Source of the DNA: Desulfobacterales bacterium C00003106
GTDB taxonomy: Bacteria; Desulfobacterota; Desulfobacteria; Desulfobacterales; C00003106
Length of the DNA: 28,992 nucleotides
Direction: 5' to 3'
Assembly: GCA_001751015.1 (NCBI GenBank)
Contig: MAXM01000004.1
Location: forward strand, 1 to 28,992
Numbering within the stretch: position 1 is the first letter of the stretch; each line of letters begins with the position of its first letter. Below the pieces are notes generated by a model. It searched no databases. It was given only the letters and a program-made list of their open reading frames with translations, and was not told the DNA's origin. Shown in pieces: positions 7,446-17,978 of the stretch. The translations under genes and the position numbers were made by a program.

Positions 7446-8672
7446 TCATATAATGTCGCTAAACCATTTCTTCATCGTGCTCATGACCTTTTGAAAAATA
7501 TTTTTGTCCCTGATCCTGAACTTGTGTTTTGACCTGTGGCGGCGTCCATAGAGAACCAGACCGACTGCGGTTGCGTACATCGGGTTATTGACTACGTCCG
7601 ACAGTCCGCTGACACCCTGCGGGACGCCGAGCCTTATCGGAAGATTGAAGACCGATTCAGCGGCATCAATCGCCCCGTCAAGGAGGGTTGAGCCTCCTGT
7701 AATGACAATACCGGCTGTGATACGGTTCTCCATTCTTGCCTCGTATATCTCCTGATACACAAGCGAATATATCTCTTCGACCCTTGGCTGGAGCATCTCG
7801 CATATAATCTTCCGGGGAAAACTGCGCGGTTTTTTGCCTCCCACACTCGGGATTTCCAATGTTTCATTTGCGGCAATCGACTTGAGGTCGCATGTGCCGT
7901 ATTTCTTCTTTATCTTCTCCGCCTCTGAGATCGGGGTTCGCAGACCGATTGCGAGATCGTTGGTCAGGTTATTCCCTCCCAATGCAAGAACCGATGTGTG
8001 TCTGATGTTTCGTCCGGAGAATATCGCAAGATCGGTTGTTCCCCCTCCACAATCTATGAGGGCGACTCCGAGTTCCCTTTCTTCGGGAGTCAAAACAGCC
8101 TCACTCGATGCCAAAGACTGCAGCACAACATCTTCCACGTCAAGACCGCTGAGGTTGCAGCATTTAATGATGTTGTGGGCCGAGGCGACCGCGGCCGTCA
8201 CAATATGAACCTTTGCCTCCAGACGCACTCCCTCCATGCCAAGTGGATTGGTAATCCCCTCCTCGTCATCTACGCAGTAAGACTGAGGGAGACAATGAAT
8301 CACCTCGCGATCCATTGGTATCGCCACTGCACGGGCGGCTTCTATGACACGCGCTATGTCATTCTCGGTGACTTCATTCCCCTTGACTCCTATTATTCCA
8401 TGGCTGTTAAACCCCTTTATGTGCCCCCCGGCAATTCCTGTATGGACAGATCGTATCTCACAGCCGGCCATCAGTTCGGCTTCCTCAATCGCCTTTTTTA
8501 TGGAATCCACGGTTGATTCAATGTTTACCACCACGCCCTTGCGAAGACCTATGGATGGATGTGAACCAATCCCCACGATGTCAATAGCGCTTCCCGTTAT
8601 TTCACCTACAACAGCGCATATTTTAGTCGTACCTACGTCAAGTCCGATAATCAGTTCTTCATGCTCAGGCAC
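7446..8672 (-). CDS. ftsA: Cell division protein FtsA
   Basis: IGLDVGTTKI, GIAGGHI, LIDCGGGTTD, LGGNNLTNDL and VITGGSTLL actin-fold motifs. Confidence 0.98.
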   Translation of the reverse strand: MPEHEELIIGLDVGTTKICAVVGEITGSAIDIVGIGSHPSIGLRKGVVVNIESTVDSIKKAIEEAELMAGCEIRSVHTGIAGGHIKGFNSHGIIGVKGNEVTENDIARVIEAARAVAIPMDREVIHCLPQSYCVDDEEGITNPLGMEGVRLEAKVHIVTAAVASAHNIIKCCNLSGLDVEDVVLQSLASSEAVLTPEERELGVALIDCGGGTTDLAIFSGRNIRHTSVLALGGNNLTNDLAIGLRTPISEAEKIKKKYGTCDLKSIAANETLEIPSVGGKKPRSFPRKIICEMLQPRVEEIYSLVYQEIYEARMENRITAGIVITGGSTLLDGAIDAAESVFNLPIRLGVPQGVSGLSDVVNNPMYATAVGLVLYGRRHRSKHKFRIRDKNIFQKVMSTMKKWFSDII

Positions 8673-8678
8673 TTTCTG

Positions 8679-9515
8679 CTACACCTCCTTTGAATCAAGA
8701 GCACGCTGTTTTACGACCACGCGTCGCGTGTCTTTTAAATCAACCGATTTTACGTGCAACATGCCCTGTTGAGACTCTATGTAAGGCATCATCTCCCTGA
8801 GCCGGTTAAATTTTTCCGGATAATTTTCAAACCCGAGCTTGATCGCTGTGTCACTGTCAAACGCATAAATCGTGAGCCCAATCTCCTTGTCCAGATGGAT
8901 GGCACTGATTGAACCGAATGGCAGGATACTTCCCTCCGCCCTCGCCAGTCTGGTCACTGCAAGAACCGTCTCAAGGAAAGGCAAGGCGTTCCCGCCATCA
9001 ACTTCAAGATCGGACATTCTAAGGCCCGTGACTACAGGCACGCGGATTTCTTCTCCATGGTCCACCTTTTTGAAAATCCTGCCCGTATCGTCTATCAGGA
9101 GTCTCCTCCCGCAATCGACAATCGCCACAGGTGTATATTCCAAAACCTTGACGTGCAGCGTGCTCGGAATCTCTCTGCGTATGTCCGCGGACTTTATCCA
9201 TGGATGCCCGGTCAGGCGACGCTGCAAGGCCTTGATATTGACGGATAATATGTTTGTTTTTTGATCGAGTTCAGCCCATTCCCGCACCTCCGAAGGAGAA
9301 ATCCTGCGGCAGCCCTCTATAAGAACGGTCCGGATTTCAAAACATGCGGATTGAGTGAGCAGGTCGTGGCAAAATATCATTACGGAACTCAGGATTGCTA
9401 CGGACCCGAGCACAAGAAATGCCTTTAATAAAAAAAGAGAGACCCTGCGGACTCGATGCATCTTCCGGCCCGCACTCTTTTTGTAGACGTTTCTACGCGC
9501 GTTTTTCTTCGCCAA
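8679..9515 (-). CDS. ftsQ: Cell division protein FtsQ/DivIB
   Basis: Basic N-terminus, single TM, POTRA region (HPWIKSADIRREIPSTLHVKVLE), position between murB and ftsA. TTG start. Confidence 0.9.
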   Translation of the reverse strand: MAKKNARRNVYKKSAGRKMHRVRRVSLFLLKAFLVLGSVAILSSVMIFCHDLLTQSACFEIRTVLIEGCRRISPSEVREWAELDQKTNILSVNIKALQRRLTGHPWIKSADIRREIPSTLHVKVLEYTPVAIVDCGRRLLIDDTGRIFKKVDHGEEIRVPVVTGLRMSDLEVDGGNALPFLETVLAVTRLARAEGSILPFGSISAIHLDKEIGLTIYAFDSDTAIKLGFENYPEKFNRLREMMPYIESQQGMLHVKSVDLKDTRRVVVKQRALDSKEV

Positions 9516-10428
9516 CGATCATCACCTCCGGTTCCAAAAGCATCTTTGAGTTCTCAAAAACAGACTTCCGGATCATCGATGCCAATTTCAGCACGTCCGA
9601 GGCGGTTGCCTTCCCTCTATTGATAATGAAATTTGCGTGTTTTTCTGAAACCTCCGCATCATTTACCCTGCGCCCCTTTAACCCGGCGGCTTCAATCAGT
9701 TCTCCGGCTGAAGGACCATCCGCAGGATTCCTGAAAAACGACCCCGCGCTCGCAAATGAAAGCGGCTGTGTTGCCTTGCGTCTTGCGAACACGGATGCCG
9801 CCGCCTTTTGAATGACATCACGGCCTGCCAAACCGAATCTCAGATATGCCTTTGTAACAACAGACCCCGCATCGATCGCGAGTTTCCTGTAAGAAAATTT
9901 CAGTCTATCGGGTCTCATATCTGCAATACCGCCTGCGGAAGAAAGGACCGTAATGGTCTCAACAAGATCAGCCATGCACCCTGTTTTGGTCCCTGCGTTC
10001 ATTCGAACAGCCCCCCCTACCGTGCCCGGGATACCAGCGGCGAAACTCAACCCGGAAAGATCGTGATCAACCGAAAAGGCAAGCAGCCTGGAAAGCAGGA
10101 CACCGGCCTCCGCCATGATCAGTAACGTATCGCTGTTTCTTTCGGCGACCCGGATGGTGTTAAAACCCTTTGCCAGGTTTATCACCAACCCGCGAATTCC
10201 GCCGTCCCTGACAAGGAGGTTGCTGCCTGACCCGATCACCATCCGGCGGATTCCCTTTTTCGCGGCCCAGTTCAAGAGCCCCCTGAGCTCCTCCGTGTCC
10301 CTTGGATAGACCAGCGCCTCCGCAGGTCCCCCGCAGCGAAATGTTGTATGACGGGCCATTGGCTCATCAAAAAACACGCGATCCCCGTAATGTTCTGTCA
10401 GGATCAGGCGATCCGGTTCCGAAATCAT
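9493..10428 (-). CDS. murB: UDP-N-acetylenolpyruvoylglucosamine reductase
   Basis: HTTFRCGGPA, GSGSNLL, GIPGTVGGAVRMNAG, AGSFFRNP, HANFIIN and LEPEV. Confidence 0.97.
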   Translation of the reverse strand: MISEPDRLILTEHYGDRVFFDEPMARHTTFRCGGPAEALVYPRDTEELRGLLNWAAKKGIRRMVIGSGSNLLVRDGGIRGLVINLAKGFNTIRVAERNSDTLLIMAEAGVLLSRLLAFSVDHDLSGLSFAAGIPGTVGGAVRMNAGTKTGCMADLVETITVLSSAGGIADMRPDRLKFSYRKLAIDAGSVVTKAYLRFGLAGRDVIQKAAASVFARRKATQPLSFASAGSFFRNPADGPSAGELIEAAGLKGRRVNDAEVSEKHANFIINRGKATASDVLKLASMIRKSVFENSKMLLEPEVMIVGEEKRA

Positions 10429-11810
10429 CTCAAACTGCCTGATCCAATGGACCTTATTATCTCTTCGCCGACCTTCCAGACCGGGCCTGCGCCTAATGTC
10501 AGAACAACATCATTTGCGTCGAGGCTGTGAGACAAATGGTCCAGAACCTCCTTTACCCCTCTTTTGAATGTTGCATCCTTATGCCCGTGCGCCTTGATCC
10601 CCTCGCAGAGTATCTCTCCTTCCACTCCCGGAATAGGGATTTCGCCCGCCGGATAGATGGGCAGGACTACCAGGGAATCCGCCCTGTAAAACGCCCGCGT
10701 GAAATCCTCAAACAGGGCCGCCGTGCGCGTGTACCGGTGTGGCTGGAAGATAACCACAATACGCCGGTCCGGCCAGCACTGTCTGACCGTGTCAAGCGTG
10801 GCCCGAATCTCTGTGGGGTGATGACCATAATCATCCACGAAGATGATTCCCCCAACATTTCCTTTTAGCTGGAATCTCCGCTGCACCCCCTGCATCTTCT
10901 CAAGGGCCGCCTTGATCATATTGAATCCAATGCCGAGTTCGATTCCCACAACTACGCTCGCAAGGGCGTTATAGATGTTGTGAAGGCCGGGGAGGTTTAA
11001 GCAAACCGCGCCGAGTTTCTTCTTCTGCCAGAGGACCTGGAATCGGCTTTTCAGACCTTCCGAGACGATCTCTTTTGCCTGGCAATCCGCCTGGGTCGTA
11101 AGGCCGTATGTGGCATATCTCTTTACTATTTTTGGAATCAGGCGCTGGATGTGCTCATTGTCGAGACAGAGGACCGCCAGCCCGTAAAAAGGGACCTTGT
11201 TTATAAAATCCAGGAACACGGCCTTGATCTGGTCCATATCTTTATAATAATCAAGGTGTTCGGCATCTATGTTCGTCACCACTGTGATTGTCGGCGAAAG
11301 ATGAAGAAACGATCCGTCACTTTCGTCCGCCTCGGCGACAATAAACTCTCCCCCGCCCAACACCGCATTGGTGCCGAGGCTGTTCAATCTCCCGCCGATT
11401 ACTACTGTCGGATCAAGCGCCCCTCTGTTCAGCACCTCAGCTACAATGGACGTAGTAGTGGTCTTGCCGTGCGCCCCTGCAACCGCGATCCCGTATTTCA
11501 GATGCATCAGTTCCGCCAGCATCTCCGCCCTAGGGATGACCGGGACGGCGGAGGCCCTGGACGCCACGACTTCCGGGTTATCCGCTCTTACCGCCGATGA
11601 AATCACCACAACATCGGCCCCGTCTATATGGTCGGACAAGTGCCCTTCGTAAACACGCGCGCCAAGAGACGCGAGGCGTGTTGTGATGTTCGAAGAGACC
11701 AGGTCAGACCCGGAGACCTCATAGCCGAGATTGATGAGAAGCTCGGCAATCCCGCTCATCCCGATTCCGCCGATCCCTACAAAATGCAGATGATATTTTT
11801 TTTGATACAT
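10425..11810 (-). CDS. murC: UDP-N-acetylmuramate--L-alanine ligase
   Basis: HFVGIGGIGMSG, AGAHGKTTTT, EADESDGSF and DDYGHHPTE. ATG 11810 chosen. Confidence 0.98.
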   Translation of the reverse strand: MYQKKYHLHFVGIGGIGMSGIAELLINLGYEVSGSDLVSSNITTRLASLGARVYEGHLSDHIDGADVVVISSAVRADNPEVVASRASAVPVIPRAEMLAELMHLKYGIAVAGAHGKTTTTSIVAEVLNRGALDPTVVIGGRLNSLGTNAVLGGGEFIVAEADESDGSFLHLSPTITVVTNIDAEHLDYYKDMDQIKAVFLDFINKVPFYGLAVLCLDNEHIQRLIPKIVKRYATYGLTTQADCQAKEIVSEGLKSRFQVLWQKKKLGAVCLNLPGLHNIYNALASVVVGIELGIGFNMIKAALEKMQGVQRRFQLKGNVGGIIFVDDYGHHPTEIRATLDTVRQCWPDRRIVVIFQPHRYTRTAALFEDFTRAFYRADSLVVLPIYPAGEIPIPGVEGEILCEGIKAHGHKDATFKRGVKEVLDHLSHSLDANDVVLTLGAGPVWKVGEEIIRSIGSGSLR

Positions 11811-11812
11811 AA

Positions 11813-12889
11813 TTAAACCTGCCCGCACACTCTCAATATCTCTTCTACAATCCTCTTTGCTGCGTCGGGTCTCCCCAGTTTCTGCGCATTTGCTCCCATC
11901 TTTTTCAGCTCTGCTGCGTGTTCCTTGTAATAGATGATCCTTTCTGCCAGCAGACCGCCATCAAGGTCGCGTTCCAGTATCAGCTCCGCCCCTTTCTGTT
12001 CGGAAAGCCCGCGGGCGTTCAATTCCTGATGGTTATCCGTGGCAAACGGAAAAGGAATAAGAATGGCCGCCTTTCCAAGGACTGCTATTTCCGCGACAGT
12101 GGTGGCGCCGGCCCGGCATACAACAAGGTCAGCGGACCCGTAGGCCGTTGCCATATCGTCAAAAAAAGGTCCGGTCCGGTCGTCTCTCCCCAGCTTCCTG
12201 TAGGCCCGGCGTACCCATTGGGCGTCCTTTTCGCCGGTCTGGTGTATAAAATAGATATCCGGCACGTCTTTTATTATCCGGAGCGCATCCACAACGATCT
12301 CATTGATCCTGTGCGCGCCCTGGCTTCCACCTGCCACGAGCACGACAAAACGCTTCGGGTCTTTTTTTGCAGTCCTTGCCGCAAGGAGATCCTTACGCAC
12401 CGGGTTGCCGGTAATCAGGGTTTTTTTGCGGTCAAAACAGCGGACAGATTCGGGAAACGAGACAAAGACCCTGACGGCAAATCTTTCAAGAAGGCGGTTT
12501 GTCAGCCCGGGAAGCACGTTCTGTTCATGGATGACCACGGGTATTCTCATAAAAAAAGCCGCTATTGCTACCGGGCCTGATGAATATCCACCAACGCCGA
12601 CAACAAGATCCGCCTTGAACTTGCCCAAAAACAGGCCCGCCTGGATAATTGCGCCCGGAATCCTCGCTGCGGCTCTTAACTGCCTGAAGACGCCCCTTCC
12701 CTTCATCCCTTCTTGAGAGATCCTTTTTATCGGAAAACCCTTTTGCGAAAGCACGGTTGTTTCCATCTCTCTCTTTGTTCCCGCAAAGAGTATCCTGGTG
12801 TCCGGGTTTTTCGCAATCAGCCCTTCAGCAATAGCGATTCCCGGAAAAAGATGCCCTCCTGTCCCTCCTCCCGCTATCACCACATTCAT
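11813..12889 (-). CDS. murG: Lipid II GlcNAc transferase MurG
   Basis: GGGTGGHLFPG, GGYSSGP, HEQN, GNPVR, GGSQGA and RAGATT. The start overlaps the ftsW stop (ATGA). Confidence 0.97.
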   Translation of the reverse strand: MNVVIAGGGTGGHLFPGIAIAEGLIAKNPDTRILFAGTKREMETTVLSQKGFPIKRISQEGMKGRGVFRQLRAAARIPGAIIQAGLFLGKFKADLVVGVGGYSSGPVAIAAFFMRIPVVIHEQNVLPGLTNRLLERFAVRVFVSFPESVRCFDRKKTLITGNPVRKDLLAARTAKKDPKRFVVLVAGGSQGAHRINEIVVDALRIIKDVPDIYFIHQTGEKDAQWVRRAYRKLGRDDRTGPFFDDMATAYGSADLVVCRAGATTVAEIAVLGKAAILIPFPFATDNHQELNARGLSEQKGAELILERDLDGGLLAERIIYYKEHAAELKKMGANAQKLGRPDAAKRIVEEILRVCGQV

Positions 12890-14004
12890 TTGCCCTTGCG
12901 TCCCGTTCTCTGTGTGCCCGATATGTTCATCAATATCCCGATCGATGCCATGGTAACCACAACCGACGACCCACCGTAGCTTATCAGGGGGAGCGTCAGG
13001 CCTTTGGTCGGCAAAAGCCCCATCACAACCCCTATGTTGACCATTACCTGCACGCCCAATACAGACGTGATCCCTGCGGCGAGATACGTTGCAAATCTGT
13101 CCGAACAATCCAGGGCAAGCCGAAATCCTGCATATAAGACAACCGTGTAGATAATGATGATTCCGCATACCCCGATCAGACCCAATTCTTCGCCGATGAC
13201 CGAAAATATGAAATCCGTATGCGGTTCCGGGAGATAAAAGAGCTTCTGATGACTGTTTCCAAGTCCCTGGCCCGCCAGTCCGCCTGATCCAAAGGCCATA
13301 AGGGAATGGATAATCTGGTATCCCGCGCCGTCTTTGTGTTCCCACGGATCCAGAAAAGCGACAAGGCGGCGCACCCGGTATCCGGCATCAGTTAAAAGAA
13401 AATATGCGACAGGAAGAAGCATCGCCATAGCCCCGAGGAGATACGAAACCCTGACTCCTCCGATAAAGAGCATGATCCACGCGATCATTGCTATTATGGA
13501 GGCCGTGCCGAAATCGGGCTGTGTAAGGATCAGTATCACGTAGCATCCGAGCACAAGAACGTGCGGCAGAAAACCGATGCAGAATCTCTTTATGTCCTCC
13601 TGTTTTTTTGTCATTGAGTAAGCGAGATAGATGACAAGCGCGAGCTTTGCAAATTCCGAAGGCTGAAAAGACCAGCCCATGAAACCGAGCCACCTTTTGG
13701 CTCCGCCTATCTCGCGAGCCCATCCCGGAATATGCAGGGCGACAAGCAGGGCCATCCCCAAAAAAAGGATGGGATAAACCAGTTTCCTGTAGAGCACATA
13801 AGGGACATACCTGCACGTCACAAGGGCCATCCCCCCAAACACGGCAAAGAGGGCCTGTCGCTTCAGAAAATAGTAGCTGTCTCCGAACCGTTTTGCAGCT
13901 AGGACCGAACTCGAGCTGTAGACCATGATGATCCCGGTTCCGACCAGGAGAAGCGCCCCGATCAAGAGAATAATATCGTCGTAGCCGGCTTGCCTTTCCG
14001 TCAT
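12886..14004 (-). CDS. ftsW: SEDS peptidoglycan polymerase FtsW
   Basis: Multi-TM protein with GAKRWL, FQPSEFAK, QPDFGT, LPEPHTDFIF and LPLISYGGSS. Confidence 0.97.
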   Translation of the reverse strand: MTERQAGYDDIILLIGALLLVGTGIIMVYSSSSVLAAKRFGDSYYFLKRQALFAVFGGMALVTCRYVPYVLYRKLVYPILFLGMALLVALHIPGWAREIGGAKRWLGFMGWSFQPSEFAKLALVIYLAYSMTKKQEDIKRFCIGFLPHVLVLGCYVILILTQPDFGTASIIAMIAWIMLFIGGVRVSYLLGAMAMLLPVAYFLLTDAGYRVRRLVAFLDPWEHKDGAGYQIIHSLMAFGSGGLAGQGLGNSHQKLFYLPEPHTDFIFSVIGEELGLIGVCGIIIIYTVVLYAGFRLALDCSDRFATYLAAGITSVLGVQVMVNIGVVMGLLPTKGLTLPLISYGGSSVVVTMASIGILMNISGTQRTGRKGK

Positions 14005-14067
14005 CTCTTCCGCCGCATCCTTTGTCTCGGATGGAAGCGCCTGAAGTTGTGATATCGCCTTATTCCA

Positions 14068-15429
14068 TCATTTTCCATCTTCATCAATCAGCCTCACTGC
14101 TTTACAAAACACTTCGCCTCTTTCAGCATAGTCCCGGAACATGTCAAAGCTTGAACATGCCGGAGATAGAAGGACCACATCACCGGCCACGGCTTCCCTG
14201 TGGGCATTTGCCACCGCCTCCTGAATGCCGGCCACAGGCATGATATCCACACACGCACCAAGCGCCCTGATGATCTTTTCTCCGGCCTCCCCGATGGCAA
14301 AGAGCTTTTTTGCCCGTTTTCTTATCAGGGGTTCAAGGCGGCTGTAGCCACCCCCCTTATCTCTTCCACCGATAATCAGAAAAACCGGGGCATCAAAGCT
14401 CTCAAGGGATCTCATCAGAGAATCGACATTTGTGCCCTTGGAATCGTCGTAGTAGTCGACCCCGTTTACGCTGCGGACAAAGGCCAACCGGTGAGGCAGC
14501 CCTTTGAAATGATCCAGCGCATCCTGAATCCCGGCTTCTGTTCCCCCTGCCGACAGGGCCGCCAGCGCTGCGGCAGCCGCGTTTTCGAGGTTGTGTCTCC
14601 CTTCCGGGCTAAAATTAGTCAGGTCAAATAGCGCCGGTTCCCTTCCCGGAACAAGACAGGTTATCTTGCGGCCATTCACCGCCGCACCTCCGGCAGCCGG
14701 GGCCTTTGTGTCAAAAAAGAGCTTCCCGCACCTGATTTCTGCTGCTATCGCGCCGGTGCAGGGGTCTTGCGCATTCAGAATCGCAACATCGGAATTGGTC
14801 TGATTTTCAAAGAGTCTCTTTTTTGACGAGCAATAAGCCGCAAAATCGGCATATCTGTCAAGGTGGTCTTCAGTGATGTTGAGCAGCACGCCGACATGCG
14901 GTCTGAACCTGTCAATGGTGTCAAGCTGAAAGCTGCTGATTTCCGCGACAATCACGTCGGCAGGCTTGTTGCCCGAGGCATATTCGATGAGCGGCGTCCC
15001 GATATTCCCGCCCACATACGTCTTTATCCCGGAACAATCCAGCATCCGTCCTATCAGGGTCGTGGTCGTGGTCTTGCCGTTTGTCCCGGTCACCGCCACT
15101 ATAGGCTCTTTGATGAATCTGCCTGCCAGTTCCACTTCTCCGATAACAGGCGCCCCATTTGCCCGCGCCTTCCTGAGCGGGGCGATATCGTGGCAGACAC
15201 CAGGGCTTACAACAACAAGGTCGGCATCCGCAAAGATCTCTGCGGGATGCTCTCCCAACCTCATCTTTATATCAAGTCCGTTCAGCTCGTTCACGTAATG
15301 GCAAAGAGTCTCCTCACTCCGGATATCCGTAACAAGAACATCCGCGTGCCGGTCTTTCAGAAATCTGGCTGTTGCCGCGCCGGTCCTTGCAAGACCGACA
15401 ACCACTATTTTTTTACCTTTTATGTCCAT
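14068..15429 (-). CDS. murD: UDP-MurNAc-L-Ala--D-glutamate ligase
   Basis: VVGLARTG, TGTNGKTTTT, EISSFQL, LNITEDHLDRY, DSKGTN and LSPACSSFDMF. Confidence 0.98.
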   Translation of the reverse strand: MDIKGKKIVVVGLARTGAATARFLKDRHADVLVTDIRSEETLCHYVNELNGLDIKMRLGEHPAEIFADADLVVVSPGVCHDIAPLRKARANGAPVIGEVELAGRFIKEPIVAVTGTNGKTTTTTLIGRMLDCSGIKTYVGGNIGTPLIEYASGNKPADVIVAEISSFQLDTIDRFRPHVGVLLNITEDHLDRYADFAAYCSSKKRLFENQTNSDVAILNAQDPCTGAIAAEIRCGKLFFDTKAPAAGGAAVNGRKITCLVPGREPALFDLTNFSPEGRHNLENAAAAALAALSAGGTEAGIQDALDHFKGLPHRLAFVRSVNGVDYYDDSKGTNVDSLMRSLESFDAPVFLIIGGRDKGGGYSRLEPLIRKRAKKLFAIGEAGEKIIRALGACVDIMPVAGIQEAVANAHREAVAGDVVLLSPACSSFDMFRDYAERGEVFCKAVRLIDEDGK

Positions 15430-15488
15430 ACGTTATAGCACAATACCATGAGTTCTCACCCTCTCGCTTTCTCACCCACTCCCCTCCC

Positions 15489-16568
15489 CTATCTCAGTTT
15501 CAGCGTACTCAGAGAGAACAGGCCCAGACAGATGGCAATCAGCCAGAACCTGACAATCACCTTTGGCTCCGGCCATCCCTTGAGCTCAAAATGGTGGTGA
15601 AGCGGCGCCATCCTGAAGATGCGTCGTCCTCTCGTTATCTTGAAAAAGCCGACCTGAAATATCACGGAAAGGGCTTCCACTACAAAAAGACCGCCTACAA
15701 TCACAAGAAGGAGTTCCTGTTTTGTGATTACGGCCACTGTCCCGAGAATTCCGCCTAAGGGGAGCGATCCTACATCTCCCATGAAGACTTCCGCAGGATA
15801 TGCATTGAACCAGAGGAACCCCATCCCCGCTCCCGTGACAGCGCCGCACAGCACTGCAAGCTCGCCGCTTCCTGCGACATAAGGGATCTGAAGATAGTCT
15901 GCTATCTTTATGTGACCTGCAACGTATGAGAAGATAATGTAAGTGATAGCCGCCACTGTCACAGACCCTATCGCCAGGCCGTCCAGACCGTCAGTGAGAT
16001 TTACTGCATTCGAAGTCCCCACGATAACCACTGCGGCAAAAAGGATGTAGCCCCACCCGATATCAGGTTGCACGTTTTTAAAAAACGGTATCGTGATGTG
16101 CGTGTTAAACTCCGGCTGACAATAAAGGAGACCGGCGGCCGCAAAGGCTATGACAGACTGTATCAGTATCTTGTTGCAGGCCGTTAGCCCGGCGCTCCCC
16201 TTTTTTCTTATTTTCAGGTAGTCGTCCAGGAATCCGACGACGCCGAAGCCTGCCATGATAAGGAGAGCTATCCAGACATAGAGACTCGTAAGATCCGCCC
16301 ACAGCAGCGTGGATACGCTCACGGAAAAGAGTATCAACAGACCTCCCATGGTGGGTGTGCCGGTCTTTGAAAAATGCGTGGAAGGCCCGTCGTCCCGCAC
16401 ATACTGTCCAACGCTCTCTTTCTTCAGGAGTCTGATCAGCCACGGTCCAAGCACAAAAGAGATCACCAGCGCGGTCAGGACAGCATAGATCGTCCGGAAT
16501 GTAATGTACCGGAATACATTGAAGACCGAAAACGTTGTATGCAGTGGATAGAGCAAATGATAAAGCAT
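15489..16568 (-). CDS. mraY: Phospho-MurNAc-pentapeptide transferase
   Basis: [30 protein letters not shown] and [13 protein letters not shown]. Confidence 0.98.
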   Translation of the reverse strand: MLYHLLYPLHTTFSVFNVFRYITFRTIYAVLTALVISFVLGPWLIRLLKKESVGQYVRDDGPSTHFSKTGTPTMGGLLILFSVSVSTLLWADLTSLYVWIALLIMAGFGVVGFLDDYLKIRKKGSAGLTACNKILIQSVIAFAAAGLLYCQPEFNTHITIPFFKNVQPDIGWGYILFAAVVIVGTSNAVNLTDGLDGLAIGSVTVAAITYIIFSYVAGHIKIADYLQIPYVAGSGELAVLCGAVTGAGMGFLWFNAYPAEVFMGDVGSLPLGGILGTVAVITKQELLLVIVGGLFVVEALSVIFQVGFFKITRGRRIFRMAPLHHHFELKGWPEPKVIVRFWLIAICLGLFSLSTLKLR

Positions 16569-16571
16569 AAG

Positions 16572-17978
16572 TCAGTTCTTTAATCCGTAAAAAGATACAA
16601 GTTCATCCACGATCTTTTCCATGGCCATTCCACGGGAGCCTTTTACGAGTAGCCAGTCATGGGGGGAGATTATCTCCTTTAGCGCACCCGCAATTTCTTC
16701 ATGGGCGCCGGCCATTGTCTGTTCGGCCTTCATGCCCGCGTCAACAGCCGATCCCGTCAGGACATGGGCGTGGTCTCCGGTTGCAAAAAGGTAATCCGCG
16801 GACGAACGGGCCACCTGCTTTCCTGTCTCCTGATGCGCCTCAAACGAATAGTCCCCCAACTCGAGCATATCCCCGAGTACCGCTATCCCGCGATCATCCT
16901 TCTTTAGTGCGCACAGGGTCTCGATTGCCTGCGACATGGATTCGGGGTTGGCGTTGTAGGTATCATTGATCAAAGTCACACCATTGGCGAGCCTTATCAG
17001 TTGCATACGTTTTTCAACAGGTTCCATCCGTTCCAATGAATTGCGGATATCCTGAACCGGGACGTTGAAATGATATCCCACGGTCGCTGCCGCAAGGGCA
17101 TTGTGGATATTGAATCTTCCGGCCAACGGCAGCCTGATCTCTGCTGCTTCTTGCCCGATTGTCAGGCGGAAGGAATAGCCGGTCCCCTGAATTCGGACAT
17201 CTGTTGCAGCCACGTCAGCATCCGGGGATTCTATGCCGTAGCGCAGCGTCCGGCCACGAAAACGATCTCCCAGGGCCTTCACCCGCTTATCATCCGCATT
17301 GATAACAGCAATACCGTTTTCTTGCATGCCGTCAAAGAGTTCGCCCTTGGCCTTCATTACCCCGTCTATTGTCCTGAGCCCTTCTATGTGTCCGGAACCT
17401 ATGTTTGTGATGACTCCGATGTCCGGCCTTGTTATACGGGTAAGTTCCCTGATCTCACCGGGCACATTCATGCCGAGTTCAATAACGGCGATTGCGTGTG
17501 AATCTTCGAGTCTCAACAGCGTCAACGGAACCCCGATCAGGTTGTTGAAATTTCCGGCCGTGGCAAGGACCTTGTATGATTGACCCAGAACAGCCGCTGT
17601 CATCTCTTTTGTGGTGGTCTTGCCATTCGTGCCCGTGATTGCCACGACCGGAATACCCATCCTTTGCCTGCGCCAGGCCCCAAGGTCGCCAAGGGCCTTT
17701 TGAGTATCCCGCACGCTTACAAAGGAGGTCTTGCCCGCGGAAAAGGAATAATTGCTGTAGAATTCCTCTGCGGCGACAATTCCCGGGACCCCGCGATTGA
17801 CAGCGTCGGCAATAAACATGTGCCCGTCATGGCGCTGTCCTTTTATGGCGACAAAGCACTCGCCTGAACTGACAGAACGTGAATCAATCGATATATTTGA
17901 GATGCCCGCGTCGGATAACCCGTGAACCAGCCGACCGCCGGTAGCCTTCACCACCTCTGACATGGTCCATCGGCTCAC
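16572..17978 (-). CDS. murF: UDP-MurNAc-tripeptide--D-Ala-D-Ala ligase
   Basis: ITGTNGKTTTKE, GNFNNLIGVP, ELGMNVPGEI, NDTYNANPES, LGDMLELG and LVKGSRG. Confidence 0.97.
   Translation of the reverse strand: MSRWTMSEVVKATGGRLVHGLSDAGISNISIDSRSVSSGECFVAIKGQRHDGHMFIADAVNRGVPGIVAAEEFYSNYSFSAGKTSFVSVRDTQKALGDLGAWRRQRMGIPVVAITGTNGKTTTKEMTAAVLGQSYKVLATAGNFNNLIGVPLTLLRLEDSHAIAVIELGMNVPGEIRELTRITRPDIGVITNIGSGHIEGLRTIDGVMKAKGELFDGMQENGIAVINADDKRVKALGDRFRGRTLRYGIESPDADVAATDVRIQGTGYSFRLTIGQEAAEIRLPLAGRFNIHNALAAATVGYHFNVPVQDIRNSLERMEPVEKRMQLIRLANGVTLINDTYNANPESMSQAIETLCALKKDDRGIAVLGDMLELGDYSFEAHQETGKQVARSSADYLFATGDHAHVLTGSAVDAGMKAEQTMAGAHEEIAGALKEIISPHDWLLVKGSRGMAMEKIVDELVSFYGLKN

Noticed and set aside
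12890-13345. 152-aa N-terminal extension of murG in the ORF track
   Set aside because: An alternative frame inside ftsW. MurG homology starts at ATG 12889, which overlaps the ftsW stop.
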